This document shows positions 1 to 8,665 of a stretch of 64,000 bases of DNA, piece by piece. Within the stretch, counting starts at the first letter, position 1. The number at the start of each line of letters is the position of its first letter. The stretch spans positions 1 to 64,000 of IMG/VR virus record IMGVR_UViG_3300009432_001268. The stretch is one strand, 5' to 3'. The position numbers were made by a program, and so were the translations under genes. This DNA comes from a virus. Below the pieces are notes generated by a model. It worked only from the letters and a program-made list of their open reading frames with translations, was not told the origin of the DNA and ran no database searches.

Positions 1-189
1 TTAGTCATAATTATCTAGATCTTCCCCTTCTTCTATTTCTGGTAAAGCCTTGTTTAAGCTGTGCCTAACTTCCTCGAGCATCCTTTGATAGTGTTGTTTA
101 GTCCAGCCGTCATTATGGTTGCTAGAAGCCTCAATTTTCCATTTGCTTATCTGTCCCAGAAGGTCTTCGAGAGGGGATTCATTTTTCAT
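1..189 (-). CDS. hypothetical protein
   Basis: ORF ends in TAA at 1-3; ATG at 189 (MKNESPL) preferred over the track start at 198 because TAAGGT lies 7 nt upstream. Confidence 0.6.
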   Translation of the reverse strand: MKNESPLEDLLGQISKWKIEASSNHNDGWTKQHYQRMLEEVRHSLNKALPEIEEGEDLDNYD

Positions 190-232
190 AACTCGCACCT
201 TATTATCAACTACTTTTAAACAAAAACCAAAA

Positions 233-577
233 TTATTTTATCTCATCTGAAGGCTTTTGAGGGTAGGACTGGGAATAATCACATTCTCCATAAAAATAAT
301 TATCTAATTGCTCAGATAACCTCACTTTAGCTACTTCGAGGTCAACTTCGTACCATTCATTCTTTATCTGTGTGGCGAATCGGCTCATTTGCTCTTTTAT
401 ATTCTTTTCTGCTTGAAGATATTCCGGATGTTGAATAGAATAAATAACTTCATAATCTCTGAATGGAGAACCGGTTTGATAAGTTTGAAGCCGCTTTTTT
501 AAATTCCGGGTTGTCCCTACTTTTATCCACCCCTGCCAAGATTTGTTTGTTATAATGTACAAATATCCCGACGGCAT
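233..577 (-). CDS. GIY-YIG-like / T5orf172 (MUG113) domain protein
   Basis: GYLYII...WIKVGTT.NLKKRLQTYQTGSP...AE...NEWY pattern typical of T5orf172. Confidence 0.8.
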   Translation of the reverse strand: MPSGYLYIITNKSWQGWIKVGTTRNLKKRLQTYQTGSPFRDYEVIYSIQHPEYLQAEKNIKEQMSRFATQIKNEWYEVDLEVAKVRLSEQLDNYFYGECDYSQSYPQKPSDEIK

Positions 578-587
578 AGAAGTTTTT

Positions 588-695
588 TTACCGTTTAAAG
601 CAGGAATCGCACAACAAAACCATCTTCTCCTTAACCTTAACCCACATCAATTCGGTTTCTTCGAACTTTTTCTTGCACTTGGAACATTCAGACAT
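588..695 (-). CDS. 35-aa CxxC...CxxC zinc-ribbon microprotein (absent from ORF track)
   Basis: Manual translation MSECSKCKKKFEETELMWVKVKEKMVLLCDSCFKR; fills an otherwise empty gap in the operon. Confidence 0.65.
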   Translation of the reverse strand: MSECSKCKKKFEETELMWVKVKEKMVLLCDSCFKR

Positions 696-799
696 TTATC
701 AGTGTCTCCCCAGTTAATTACATCATAATTGTCCTTGTAGCGGCGGGAAAATCCTCCTCGGGGTTTATCGCCTTTGCCTGCTCCTTTTGCTTTACCCAT
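647..799 (-). CDS. small basic hypothetical protein
   Basis: ATG at 799 overlaps the stop of the upstream gene; MGKAKGAGKGDKPR...NYDVINW. Confidence 0.55.
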   Translation of the reverse strand: MGKAKGAGKGDKPRGGFSRRYKDNYDVINWGDTDKCLNVPSARKSSKKPN

Positions 800-1307
800 T
801 TTCGAGTTCTGACGTTGGAATATTATAACAATCTGCGGTAAACTTGAAAGGGTAATTGGGGGAAGAGTCCGGATCAAGTTCTCCTTTTTTCCTAAAAACT
901 GCCTTTTTATAAAATTCCTCTTTTGAAATACTTCCGAGATACCACGCCGTCTTCTTGTCGTTTAGGACGCTAACAAATGCATATCTGTCACATTTTTGCT
1001 TAGTATTGAAGTCGGCGACGGTGCAATTATAATTGGCTCGGGGGGCTACCTTACGCTCTTTGGTCTTTACATCTATTTTCACTCCGTTTCGGTCTATCAA
1101 GTCGTAATCGTAAGTGTCCTTGATCTCGCCCCCTTCGAGGTGTAAGACTAAGGCTTCCCCAATGTAGGCCACCAGCCCTCCCTTTCCCTTTCTAATGGAG
1201 TTGTTAAGAAGGGGTAGGTCAGCCGCTCTTTGTTCAGCTTTTTTTCGAGTCGCTGGGCTTATCGTGTATGGTTTTAAAGGAGGCTCTGCCCCAAATAATT
1301 TTTTCAT
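792..1307 (-). CDS. putative PD-(D/E)xK restriction-endonuclease-like protein
   Basis: GE...YDYDL...KIDVKTK catalytic-like motif. Confidence 0.55.
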   Translation of the reverse strand: MKKLFGAEPPLKPYTISPATRKKAEQRAADLPLLNNSIRKGKGGLVAYIGEALVLHLEGGEIKDTYDYDLIDRNGVKIDVKTKERKVAPRANYNCTVADFNTKQKCDRYAFVSVLNDKKTAWYLGSISKEEFYKKAVFRKKGELDPDSSPNYPFKFTADCYNIPTSELENG

Positions 1308-2017
1308 TTCTTTTGCATCCTTTCAATGATTTCGAACATTTTGATACGCGGGATGTCTTTAATTGAACCCCAACCGTCTGCCCCGTCCACAGCTTCCTTG
1401 ACCATTTTATCCTTAATGCTGGCGAAGCTTACTTTCTTCTCTTTCATTAGGGTGTTTAGGTAGATGTCCGGCGAAGCTGCATTCTTATTAGCGCTTGGTT
1501 TTGATATTTTCACATTTTTAATTTCTTCTTTAGCTACAATGTTGATGCGCAGGAAGTTGCGTACTGCTCGACAGAAAGCACGATTCTCGGCTATTGCAGC
1601 AAGATACATTTGGCCGAAGCCTTCGGTGTTGTTTAGTCCTGCGTCCGCTACGCTTTGAAAAAGTACAGATTCCATTTTTTCAGTCTCGTAATTTCCTATC
1701 CAAACTATTGAGCACGAAACACATACGTATTCGGGAGAAGCGTGTGTCACTGTGTAGGTGACAGAGTGGAAGCCCCTTATATTAGCTAAGTCCTTGAGTC
1801 CCCCAAGAAGGATAATCAACTCATGATCTTCGAGTTTAGAGATGTCGGCCTCGTCTGTCCGGTCTCTATTCGCTACTAGAAACTCCGGCTTGACCATCTT
1901 TCGCCAATTAACAGATCCATCGTCGCTAAAAATATATTTAACGTTCTTATCTTCCATCAAGCCGTATTCGTTACGCTTGAATGTGGTTGGCGGCTTATTT
2001 ATTACAGTAGTTCCCAT
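1304..2017 (-). CDS. putative single-strand annealing protein (Rad52/Erf/Sak-like)
   Basis: C-terminal AIAENRAFCRAVRNFLRINIVAKEEI resembles the AE(T)RA..RA......EE helix of Rad52-fold annealases. Confidence 0.5.
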   Translation of the reverse strand: MGTTVINKPPTTFKRNEYGLMEDKNVKYIFSDDGSVNWRKMVKPEFLVANRDRTDEADISKLEDHELIILLGGLKDLANIRGFHSVTYTVTHASPEYVCVSCSIVWIGNYETEKMESVLFQSVADAGLNNTEGFGQMYLAAIAENRAFCRAVRNFLRINIVAKEEIKNVKISKPSANKNAASPDIYLNTLMKEKKVSFASIKDKMVKEAVDGADGWGSIKDIPRIKMFEIIERMQKK

Positions 2018-2026
2018 ACGTCCTGA

Positions 2027-2055
2027 AGACTAACTCAATTGGGGTAAGGTGTCAA
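2027..2055 (-). promoter_or_regulatory. sigma70-like promoter, CCCC-box class
   Basis: TTGACA-CCTTA-CCCC-AATTGAGT-TAGTCT, 17-nt spacer, 9 nt before ATG 2017. Confidence 0.7.
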
Positions 2056-2065
2056 CACTTAAAAT

Positions 2066-2137
2066 ATGCAGGTTCTTTGCCGGTACAACCACTCGGGAAG
2101 GAGAACCTGCGAACAACCCTCCTTTTTTGTGGCAGTA
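2066..2137 (-). ncRNA. 72-nt structured RNA element, copy A
   Basis: 61/72 identical, no gaps, to 38784-38855; nested stems plus GCAGGUUCU/AGAACCUGC pairing. Confidence 0.65.
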
Positions 2138-2142
2138 TGCTC

Positions 2143-3327
2143 TCACTCTTTTTTGACAAAGAAGTGAAAATGCTCCTCCTCTTCCCAGAAAAGAGGGTCA
2201 TCGATTACAGGCTGAGGGTCGTGCTGCATCGAAGGGCTTCCTTGGATATTTTTCGAGTAAGCAGCGGTGCTGGGATAAAAATTATTGTTATGAATGATGA
2301 AGTGAGTAGATTTATAATACAAATTTTCAAGGCCTTTGAGTTCTTCAAAATCGCTTTGAGAACGCGTAGGCATCTGGTTTACAAGTCCGTAATCCAAGTA
2401 GTCCAGCTTGAAGTCGCTTGTTTGTTCTTTCTCCTTGCGGCTCCTCAACAAGTAAGTGATAGATTTCTCCTTAACCTTTTGGATGAAGGAGGGGTCATTA
2501 TCATCCTCGACATAGTAAACTAACTCCACAATTTTTTTGTGGTATTGGTTTAAAATTTCATCGCTAAGGGGCCTATTTGTAATGATAGAGCACTCGCAAG
2601 ACTCCAGTTGTTTACGTAATACATCTTCGTTGAAGTTTAAATCCATTCGTATTATCAAGGACGAGACTCCAAATTTTTTCGTATCCAAGAGGTGAGTAAG
2701 AGTAGACTCTATTCTTGGTCGATGAAAAGAACCCCCTATCTTTACCGTTTCAAATTCAGGAACGAAGGTGTGTATTCCGGCAAAATTAAGAATTTTTTTG
2801 GCTACCTCCTCAGGTTTAATAGAGTTTATGGATTTTGGGTTTTCGTTGGGGTTAAACGATGGTTTGCGAGAACTCTGCGGTTTAAGGATTTCCAAGTTGT
2901 CCTCGTCCGTCCAGTAAGGAAGAAATTGGCTTGGGTAGCAATTATTGGAAAACAATACAACTGACTTCTTGTTGTAAGTCGAGGCTAGGTGAGAGGATTC
3001 GTTATTGGGACAAACGTGCATAAGTGATTTACTAATGACGTAGGCTTTTTGGTTAAAGTTGCATTGCCCTAGTGTCATATAGCATTGTCGGAGTGGGATG
3101 CAATCTTTGTTGCCGAGCTGAATAATTTTGATGCCCTGCTCTTCCAGTTTGGCATGGATGAGGTCGATGACAAGCTGCCAGTGGTCATACGTAAGCGCAG
3201 ACGTTCCTAGGTTGGACGTATCGATTGTTATGAATTTGTCGACCGCTAAAGGGAAATATTTTTCATAAACGGTAGCCCTGTCGATTTTTAAGTCGTTTTG
3301 TAAAGCGTATGATTCTAAAACGTGCAT
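2143..3327 (-). CDS. GT9 (heptosyltransferase-like) C-terminal domain protein with extra C-terminal region
   Basis: YDHWQLVI...IIQLG...NQKAYVISKS...SSHLASTYNKKSVVLF matches the GT9 C-domain pattern. Confidence 0.6.
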   Translation of the reverse strand: MHVLESYALQNDLKIDRATVYEKYFPLAVDKFITIDTSNLGTSALTYDHWQLVIDLIHAKLEEQGIKIIQLGNKDCIPLRQCYMTLGQCNFNQKAYVISKSLMHVCPNNESSHLASTYNKKSVVLFSNNCYPSQFLPYWTDEDNLEILKPQSSRKPSFNPNENPKSINSIKPEEVAKKILNFAGIHTFVPEFETVKIGGSFHRPRIESTLTHLLDTKKFGVSSLIIRMDLNFNEDVLRKQLESCECSIITNRPLSDEILNQYHKKIVELVYYVEDDNDPSFIQKVKEKSITYLLRSRKEKEQTSDFKLDYLDYGLVNQMPTRSQSDFEELKGLENLYYKSTHFIIHNNNFYPSTAAYSKNIQGSPSMQHDPQPVIDDPLFWEEEEHFHFFVKKE

Positions 3328-5246
3328 AATGCGGTCTTGTTTATCTCGTCTTTTCCGTTATGGATATAGTTGTTGGTTCGTTGCGTAGTTAAGTGGGGCG
3401 TGAAAGCTATTTCGAAACATCCTTCATGGTCGCCTATCCCCTCTAGGTACAAGGTGTTATCAAACTGGGGACTATATGGTATAACCTTATGTACGTGCTC
3501 ATTTCCATCTAGGATGTGGAAATTTTCAGCCTTGGTGGCTACGTATAAATTGTAACTAGGATACTTTTCCCTAATAGACTTAAACAAGGCAGTAGAAAGA
3601 AAAACATCAACCGGGGAATCTGGGATCACATAAATAATACGTTTGCCTTTATCGTCTTTGTCTAAAAAGTCCTCTATCTTTACTGGAAAATGTTTTTGGT
3701 TATGATCTCTAGCTACCTTCCTAAAGTAATCTTCTATTTGTGAGCGAGGTACTTTATTTTCCAGTGATGTCATCCAAGTTTTGTACCCCTCGTCGTTAGT
3801 GTGGTTTTCTGTAGATAAAATATCCCGGTAAAGAGTCAAGATCCAGTCGGAGTTGCTTTCTATGTTGGGGATGAAGGCGTCTGGATTATTTTTCTTATTT
3901 TTAGCTGAACCTTTGTCTTCTTCAAAATCGTATTCTTTGGTTTCAGCGTTATCTATGAAATCCTCAAAGAACTTACCCATAACCTCTACTGAAAAATTAT
4001 ACAAAACCCACTGTCGTCCTATTTTTCCGTTCTCGATTCTCTTTAAGATGGGCATTCGGTACACTTTGTTTATACTCTCGGATATAGAGTCTGGACAAGT
4101 GGAAGCTTTCTTGAATTCGGTTTGGTGCTCTCGGTATTCAGACCACTCCAAGGGAATTGAGCCCGACCCTTCTTCGCAGCTTTCTTCTCCACAACTATAA
4201 CTTGTGACCAACGTAATAAGCTCTGTCAGCTTCGCTTCCTGAATCGGGATCTCCTGCCCACCACTCGTAAACGGGTGACAATAAACATCCATAAAATTAT
4301 AGACTTCATTTAGCTGATCCTCTCTTACTCCAAATCCTACGTTTGTTGTTACTTGGGATTTTTCCGAAGAGCAGCGGGGGCAATTTTGGTCTTCTCCATC
4401 GTATTTTTTTACTTCGTAATCCCCGCATTTTTTACAGACGTGAGTAGTAAGGATTTCAGACTTGTCTATCCCGTACTCCTCGGCAAGTTTGTGAATGCCC
4501 CAGCCTTCTTTCCAGTAAGTATGAAAAAGAAGGTAAGTTTTTTTGTTTGGTTTATGCTTTGCTTTCCATTTTGCGTACCCCTCGAGGAGATTTGGGACAG
4601 ATTTCCTCAGCTGGTTTCTAAATACAAAGCCTACGATGAAAGCGTCTTCTTCTATATTATTCTTCTGGCGCAGCTTCAGTCTTTCCTCGTCCTCCAAGCG
4701 AAAGAAGTTGTCGGAGTCAATACACCCATGAACTGTCTTGACGTGCTTATGCCCCTTTTCGTGAAGGGCTTTCGTGGCGAAAGAACTCCAGATCCAATAG
4801 TTTTTTATTTTAGGAGCGTTCGCAATAGCACTCGGCAAGATCGGTAATGAATCGAGAGTAGTCCAAATAACCGAATTTATTTTGTCGAACCAAGGCTTTC
4901 CGATGGCGAATTCTGTCCCCCAGATATCTTGAACCCCGAAGTAGAAATCAGGTTTTTCTTCCTTCATGACCTTATCTATAAGGTGAGCGCCGTAACTAGC
5001 TAATCGTGCTTGCCCAGCGTCCTGCCCTATCCTGTGTCGTTCTGCGGGGTCACTGGGAAGTGTTCCTATAGATTTCCACGGCGTTGTTTCTAAAGCTGGG
5101 TTAGCGTAATCGGTCCCGCAGCAGTACTGAACAATCTCGTACTTTTTAGTTCGGTACAGATACGACAAAAGGGCCTTAGCATTTCTGCCAAAGCCCGTTT
5201 TCGCCAAACTCGAATCAGTTTGAAATAAAAGTTTCTTCATCACCAA
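3315..5246 (-). CDS. GT4 glycosyltransferase with zinc-ribbon insert and C-terminal GT9-like N-domain
   Basis: TGFG N-motif; RNQLRK; LNEVYNFMDVYCHPFTSGGQEIPIQEA; CKKC...CPRC; VDVFLSTALFKSIREKYP. Confidence 0.8.
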   Translation of the reverse strand: MVMKKLLFQTDSSLAKTGFGRNAKALLSYLYRTKKYEIVQYCCGTDYANPALETTPWKSIGTLPSDPAERHRIGQDAGQARLASYGAHLIDKVMKEEKPDFYFGVQDIWGTEFAIGKPWFDKINSVIWTTLDSLPILPSAIANAPKIKNYWIWSSFATKALHEKGHKHVKTVHGCIDSDNFFRLEDEERLKLRQKNNIEEDAFIVGFVFRNQLRKSVPNLLEGYAKWKAKHKPNKKTYLLFHTYWKEGWGIHKLAEEYGIDKSEILTTHVCKKCGDYEVKKYDGEDQNCPRCSSEKSQVTTNVGFGVREDQLNEVYNFMDVYCHPFTSGGQEIPIQEAKLTELITLVTSYSCGEESCEEGSGSIPLEWSEYREHQTEFKKASTCPDSISESINKVYRMPILKRIENGKIGRQWVLYNFSVEVMGKFFEDFIDNAETKEYDFEEDKGSAKNKKNNPDAFIPNIESNSDWILTLYRDILSTENHTNDEGYKTWMTSLENKVPRSQIEDYFRKVARDHNQKHFPVKIEDFLDKDDKGKRIIYVIPDSPVDVFLSTALFKSIREKYPSYNLYVATKAENFHILDGNEHVHKVIPYSPQFDNTLYLEGIGDHEGCFEIAFTPHLTTQRTNNYIHNGKDEINKTALCTF

Positions 5247-5788
5247 GGAACATCAAGATCTACTTCTTGACTATTATCCTTGGTCGGAGCAGAAGTTTCT
5301 ACTTTTTCCTCAATCTTTTTATTGTAAGACTGGCTTTCTTCAATGCAGTCCATAAAATAATTATTTAATACGGTTAGGGCGTACTGTTTTAACATCCGGC
5401 CCTCGGCGAAATTAAGCCCAATAATGAAGGACTTTTTAGTTCCTTCTTGGGTGTTGTTCTGGTTAAGGGAAAAACTGTATCCTACTTGGCTCCCGTCCCG
5501 CATATAGGGGCAGAACTTAAACGTGGTGTTCCTTTCCTTGGTTCCGTGAAAGTTCCCGTATTCTCCATTGGTTTCAATTGCGTGAACCAATCCTGCCAGT
5601 TCAGTCACGCTGAACTTCGAGTTAGCCTTCTTTTCTGGGCCTGAGCCCTTAAAGGTGCCGCTTTTTGTCTGGCCGTTCCAAGACGACTGCTTGATAAAAT
5701 TTACCCACAAAGCCTTATCGTTCTTGTTGTAGGAGAATGAGCAGGCTGAGCCGGTGTTTCTTGTGTTTGGTTTATAGAACTGTAACAT
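5240..5788 (-). CDS. putative Whirly/PC4-fold ssDNA-binding protein with acidic tip
   Basis: FYK, FSVTELAGLV, FH, GYSFSL and IGLNFAEGRML occur in the order of the Whirly motifs; ends DLDVPW. Confidence 0.55.
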   Translation of the reverse strand: MLQFYKPNTRNTGSACSFSYNKNDKALWVNFIKQSSWNGQTKSGTFKGSGPEKKANSKFSVTELAGLVHAIETNGEYGNFHGTKERNTTFKFCPYMRDGSQVGYSFSLNQNNTQEGTKKSFIIGLNFAEGRMLKQYALTVLNNYFMDCIEESQSYNKKIEEKVETSAPTKDNSQEVDLDVPW

Positions 5789-5818
5789 AATCAGTGTTTG
5801 TATTTTCTTTGTTTTCGG

Positions 5819-8458
5819 TTAGGAAGTCAAGTCTTTTATTTCACTCAGCTTCATAAATATTTTTTGATCTTGGACTCTCACCAAATCAGCGAAAATGGTG
5901 TCTCCGTCTTTCTTAATCCCTTTAACGATAACGATACCTTTCTTTACCGGTAACGCCCCACCGTTATCCCTTTTGCAATTGGCGATGTTATCTCTGTTTT
6001 TCTGGGTAAAGAGCATCGCTGTGCATACTCCCGTCTCGTCTTGGAGGGTGAGTCGTAAATAGGGGGTTCCTTTGCGGCTTTTGGCGCTATAGGTGTCCTC
6101 AACAGTAGCAATAAAGTTGACCTTACTGTTTTCAGTTTTATCCAAAGCTGTCTCTATGCTCTCCAAATGGGAGTATTCAGAACTCACCTCGCGTAAGGAT
6201 TTACCGTGAGTATACCCCAACAGGGCGTTTTCGTAATACCAGTTAGCGAAGTCTTCGTTAGTTTTGTTCTTGTCTAAAATCTGCTTGTAAGGCCGAAAGT
6301 TTCGGCGAATAGTTTGTATGCGGGTATCCTTGATTACCTGTTTACCTTTTTCATCTTTATGAGTTAGGTTCAGAGTCTTTACCGTTTCCATCAAATCCCC
6401 CTTCTTTTCCTCAGAAAGCTTAAAGGCAAATGTCTTCTCTCTGGGCGTAAGTAGGTTCCATAGCTGAGCTTCAGCTACGACGTGACTCCTTGAGTGCGGG
6501 AATTCGCCCTCTAAGATCCCAGATTGAATAAGGGCTGACAAAATACCGATACCAATTCCAGCTTCACCAGCACCTTGAAAAACCTCAAACTTGGTAGAGT
6601 ATTTATTTTTAAAGTTTTCAAGTTTCTTCATTGATTTATCAGATATGCCTTTGATGGAGGTGAGCCCAAAGCGAAGGTTGTCGCCCTCAATGGAAAAGTC
6701 CCTTTTTGACCTGAGCAAGTTAGGTGACAGCAACTCAATACCAAACTTAGGCAATTCTCGGCTGACTCTGGCTATTTCTGCCATGGGATCAGGCTCAAAC
6801 CGAGTCATCTTTAGTAATGCTAAAAAGAACTCTTTAGGGTATTTAAATTTTAAAAATGTGGTTATTGCCGACAAAGAAGCATAAGAAATCGCGTGAGACT
6901 TATTAAAAGAGTAATTAGCTGAATCTTCAAGGATTTCCCACAAAACATCTCCGACCTCTGGAGGGTGATTGTGTTCTTTTACTTTCTCTTTTATTTTCTT
7001 TTTCCACTTCCTGACCTCCTTGATCTTCTTTTTACCTACGATACGACGTAAGATTTCTGCTTCGTCTAAAGTGAAGCCTATCTGGTTGGCCATTTTCATT
7101 AACTGCTCTTGGTATAGAGCTACCCCTCCTGTGCTTTTTAGTATGTCGTCAAAGAGGGGGTGGATGGCTTCGTAAACTCCGTTGTTGGTGTAATTTGCGT
7201 ACTGATCAATGAACTGCATAGCTCCCGGACGGCCCAATGCCAGTACCGCGCTTAACTCCTCAAGGTTCTTAGGCTTAACCTTGCGGCACACTTCATAGTT
7301 TGTGTCGGCCTCTATGTGAAACAGGCCGTAACGGTTTTTTAGATCAAAAAGATTTTGGTAAATAAACTCGTCGTCTAAATCGATATCTTCCTGCCTAAGG
7401 TCTATACCTTTCGTTTTCTTCAGGATCTTGCAGCACTCATCCACTACTGAAACTGTTCTCAACCCTAAAACGTCCAGCTTAACATTAAACATGGAAACCC
7501 AGTTCATGTCAAAAGAGGATACCGTGTCCTTACTGGAATCTAATTCGCATGGGCAACTCTCAATCATCTTGTCGTACGACAATAAAATTCCTGAAGGGTG
7601 AACCCCTTTGTTTTTTATTAAGTTGCGAAGTTTAAGGGCTATATTGTAAACTTTTGGGTTTTGATCACACCACGTTGCGAGTTCAGGTACTTCGTTGCAA
7701 GCCTCTTTGATGTCCATTACTTGTCCGAAGACTTTTGGAATGAGGGCTGAGACGGTATTCATTTCAGATTCCTCTTTGCCTCCGACCACTTTCCCACACT
7801 CTTTCATTACCAGCTTGCCGCTTAAAGTGTTTAACGTTAAGATTTTTGAAGTGCTTCCCTTGAATTCCTTTTCCAAGTATGCAAGAACTTTATGCCGCTG
7901 ATGATAACATACATCTATGTCGACATCACACATCAATGACCCGTCCAAATAGGTTACTCCGTCCACTACTTTCTTCTTTGCTCTGGCTTTGGATACGAAT
8001 CTCTCAAAGAATAAGCCGTACTTTACTGGATCAATTTGCGTAATCTCTAGTAGGTACAACACCATGCTTCCGGCGGCAGAACCTCGGCCTAATCCAAGAG
8101 GTATGTCATTTTCCCGGCAATACGAAACAACTTTCCAAACCAAGAGGATATATTCTACAAAGTTTAACTCAGATAAAATCTCTAGCTCGTATTTTATTCG
8201 GTCAACGTAAACCTTCTTTAATTTACCCTTGTCGAGGCCTAGGTGAGTAAACCTTCGCAGGCACAGCTCCCTTAAAAAATCATAAGTGGAAATGTCTGCT
8301 GGGAGGGCTAGATCGTTAATATACCTGTCTTCAATTTTGAAGCTAGGTAACCGGACTCCGTGGAGAGGTATATTGAGGCGCGTGAAATTAGAGGAAAAGC
8401 TACTTCTTTTTCCTTTTTCTTTTTGGTTTTGGCTTTCGGGGAGAACTGTCGTCATCAT
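5819..8458 (-). CDS. dnaE: DNA polymerase III alpha (family C) catalytic subunit lacking the PHP domain
   Basis: GRGSAAGS, FERF, DVDID, GVHPSG, KLDVLGL, YQEQ, YSFNKSH, C-terminal OB fold; start codon uncertain. Confidence 0.95.
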   Translation of the reverse strand: MMTTVLPESQNQKEKGKRSSFSSNFTRLNIPLHGVRLPSFKIEDRYINDLALPADISTYDFLRELCLRRFTHLGLDKGKLKKVYVDRIKYELEILSELNFVEYILLVWKVVSYCRENDIPLGLGRGSAAGSMVLYLLEITQIDPVKYGLFFERFVSKARAKKKVVDGVTYLDGSLMCDVDIDVCYHQRHKVLAYLEKEFKGSTSKILTLNTLSGKLVMKECGKVVGGKEESEMNTVSALIPKVFGQVMDIKEACNEVPELATWCDQNPKVYNIALKLRNLIKNKGVHPSGILLSYDKMIESCPCELDSSKDTVSSFDMNWVSMFNVKLDVLGLRTVSVVDECCKILKKTKGIDLRQEDIDLDDEFIYQNLFDLKNRYGLFHIEADTNYEVCRKVKPKNLEELSAVLALGRPGAMQFIDQYANYTNNGVYEAIHPLFDDILKSTGGVALYQEQLMKMANQIGFTLDEAEILRRIVGKKKIKEVRKWKKKIKEKVKEHNHPPEVGDVLWEILEDSANYSFNKSHAISYASLSAITTFLKFKYPKEFFLALLKMTRFEPDPMAEIARVSRELPKFGIELLSPNLLRSKRDFSIEGDNLRFGLTSIKGISDKSMKKLENFKNKYSTKFEVFQGAGEAGIGIGILSALIQSGILEGEFPHSRSHVVAEAQLWNLLTPREKTFAFKLSEEKKGDLMETVKTLNLTHKDEKGKQVIKDTRIQTIRRNFRPYKQILDKNKTNEDFANWYYENALLGYTHGKSLREVSSEYSHLESIETALDKTENSKVNFIATVEDTYSAKSRKGTPYLRLTLQDETGVCTAMLFTQKNRDNIANCKRDNGGALPVKKGIVIVKGIKKDGDTIFADLVRVQDQKIFMKLSEIKDLTS

Positions 8459-8648
8459 CTCTTTCGGCTATTATTTCTTTTATCTGATCTAAGGAGGATA
8501 TTAAAACGTCTTCTGCGTTTTTTCTGACGTTAAAGAAGACATCTACCTTATCTTCGTGGCGACCTTCTCTGATCGCGAGAACGAGGTAATCGAGTTCCTC
8601 TTCGTCGAGTTTCTCTGTAATGTCATATATGAAATCTAAGCTTGGCAT
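8400..8648 (-). CDS. small acidic protein with highly basic C-terminal tail
   Basis: 82 aa ending PRKPKPKRKRKKK; GTGTAAT and TATAAT upstream; overlaps the dnaE ORF by 59 nt. Confidence 0.6.
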   Translation of the reverse strand: MPSLDFIYDITEKLDEEELDYLVLAIREGRHEDKVDVFFNVRKNAEDVLISSLDQIKEIIAERDDDDSSPRKPKPKRKRKKK

Positions 8649-8665
8649 GCAGGTATTATACCTAC

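Noticed and set aside
2077-2523. Antisense ORFs in the track (e.g. 2077-2523, 4353-4847, 39418-39939, 63218-63637)
   Set aside because: Shadow frames opposite well-supported genes, with no motifs or expression signals
3315-3357. Programmed -1 frameshift fusing the two GT genes
   Set aside because: The -1 frame is open for only about 10 codons before the ATG and there is no canonical X XXY YYZ slippery site
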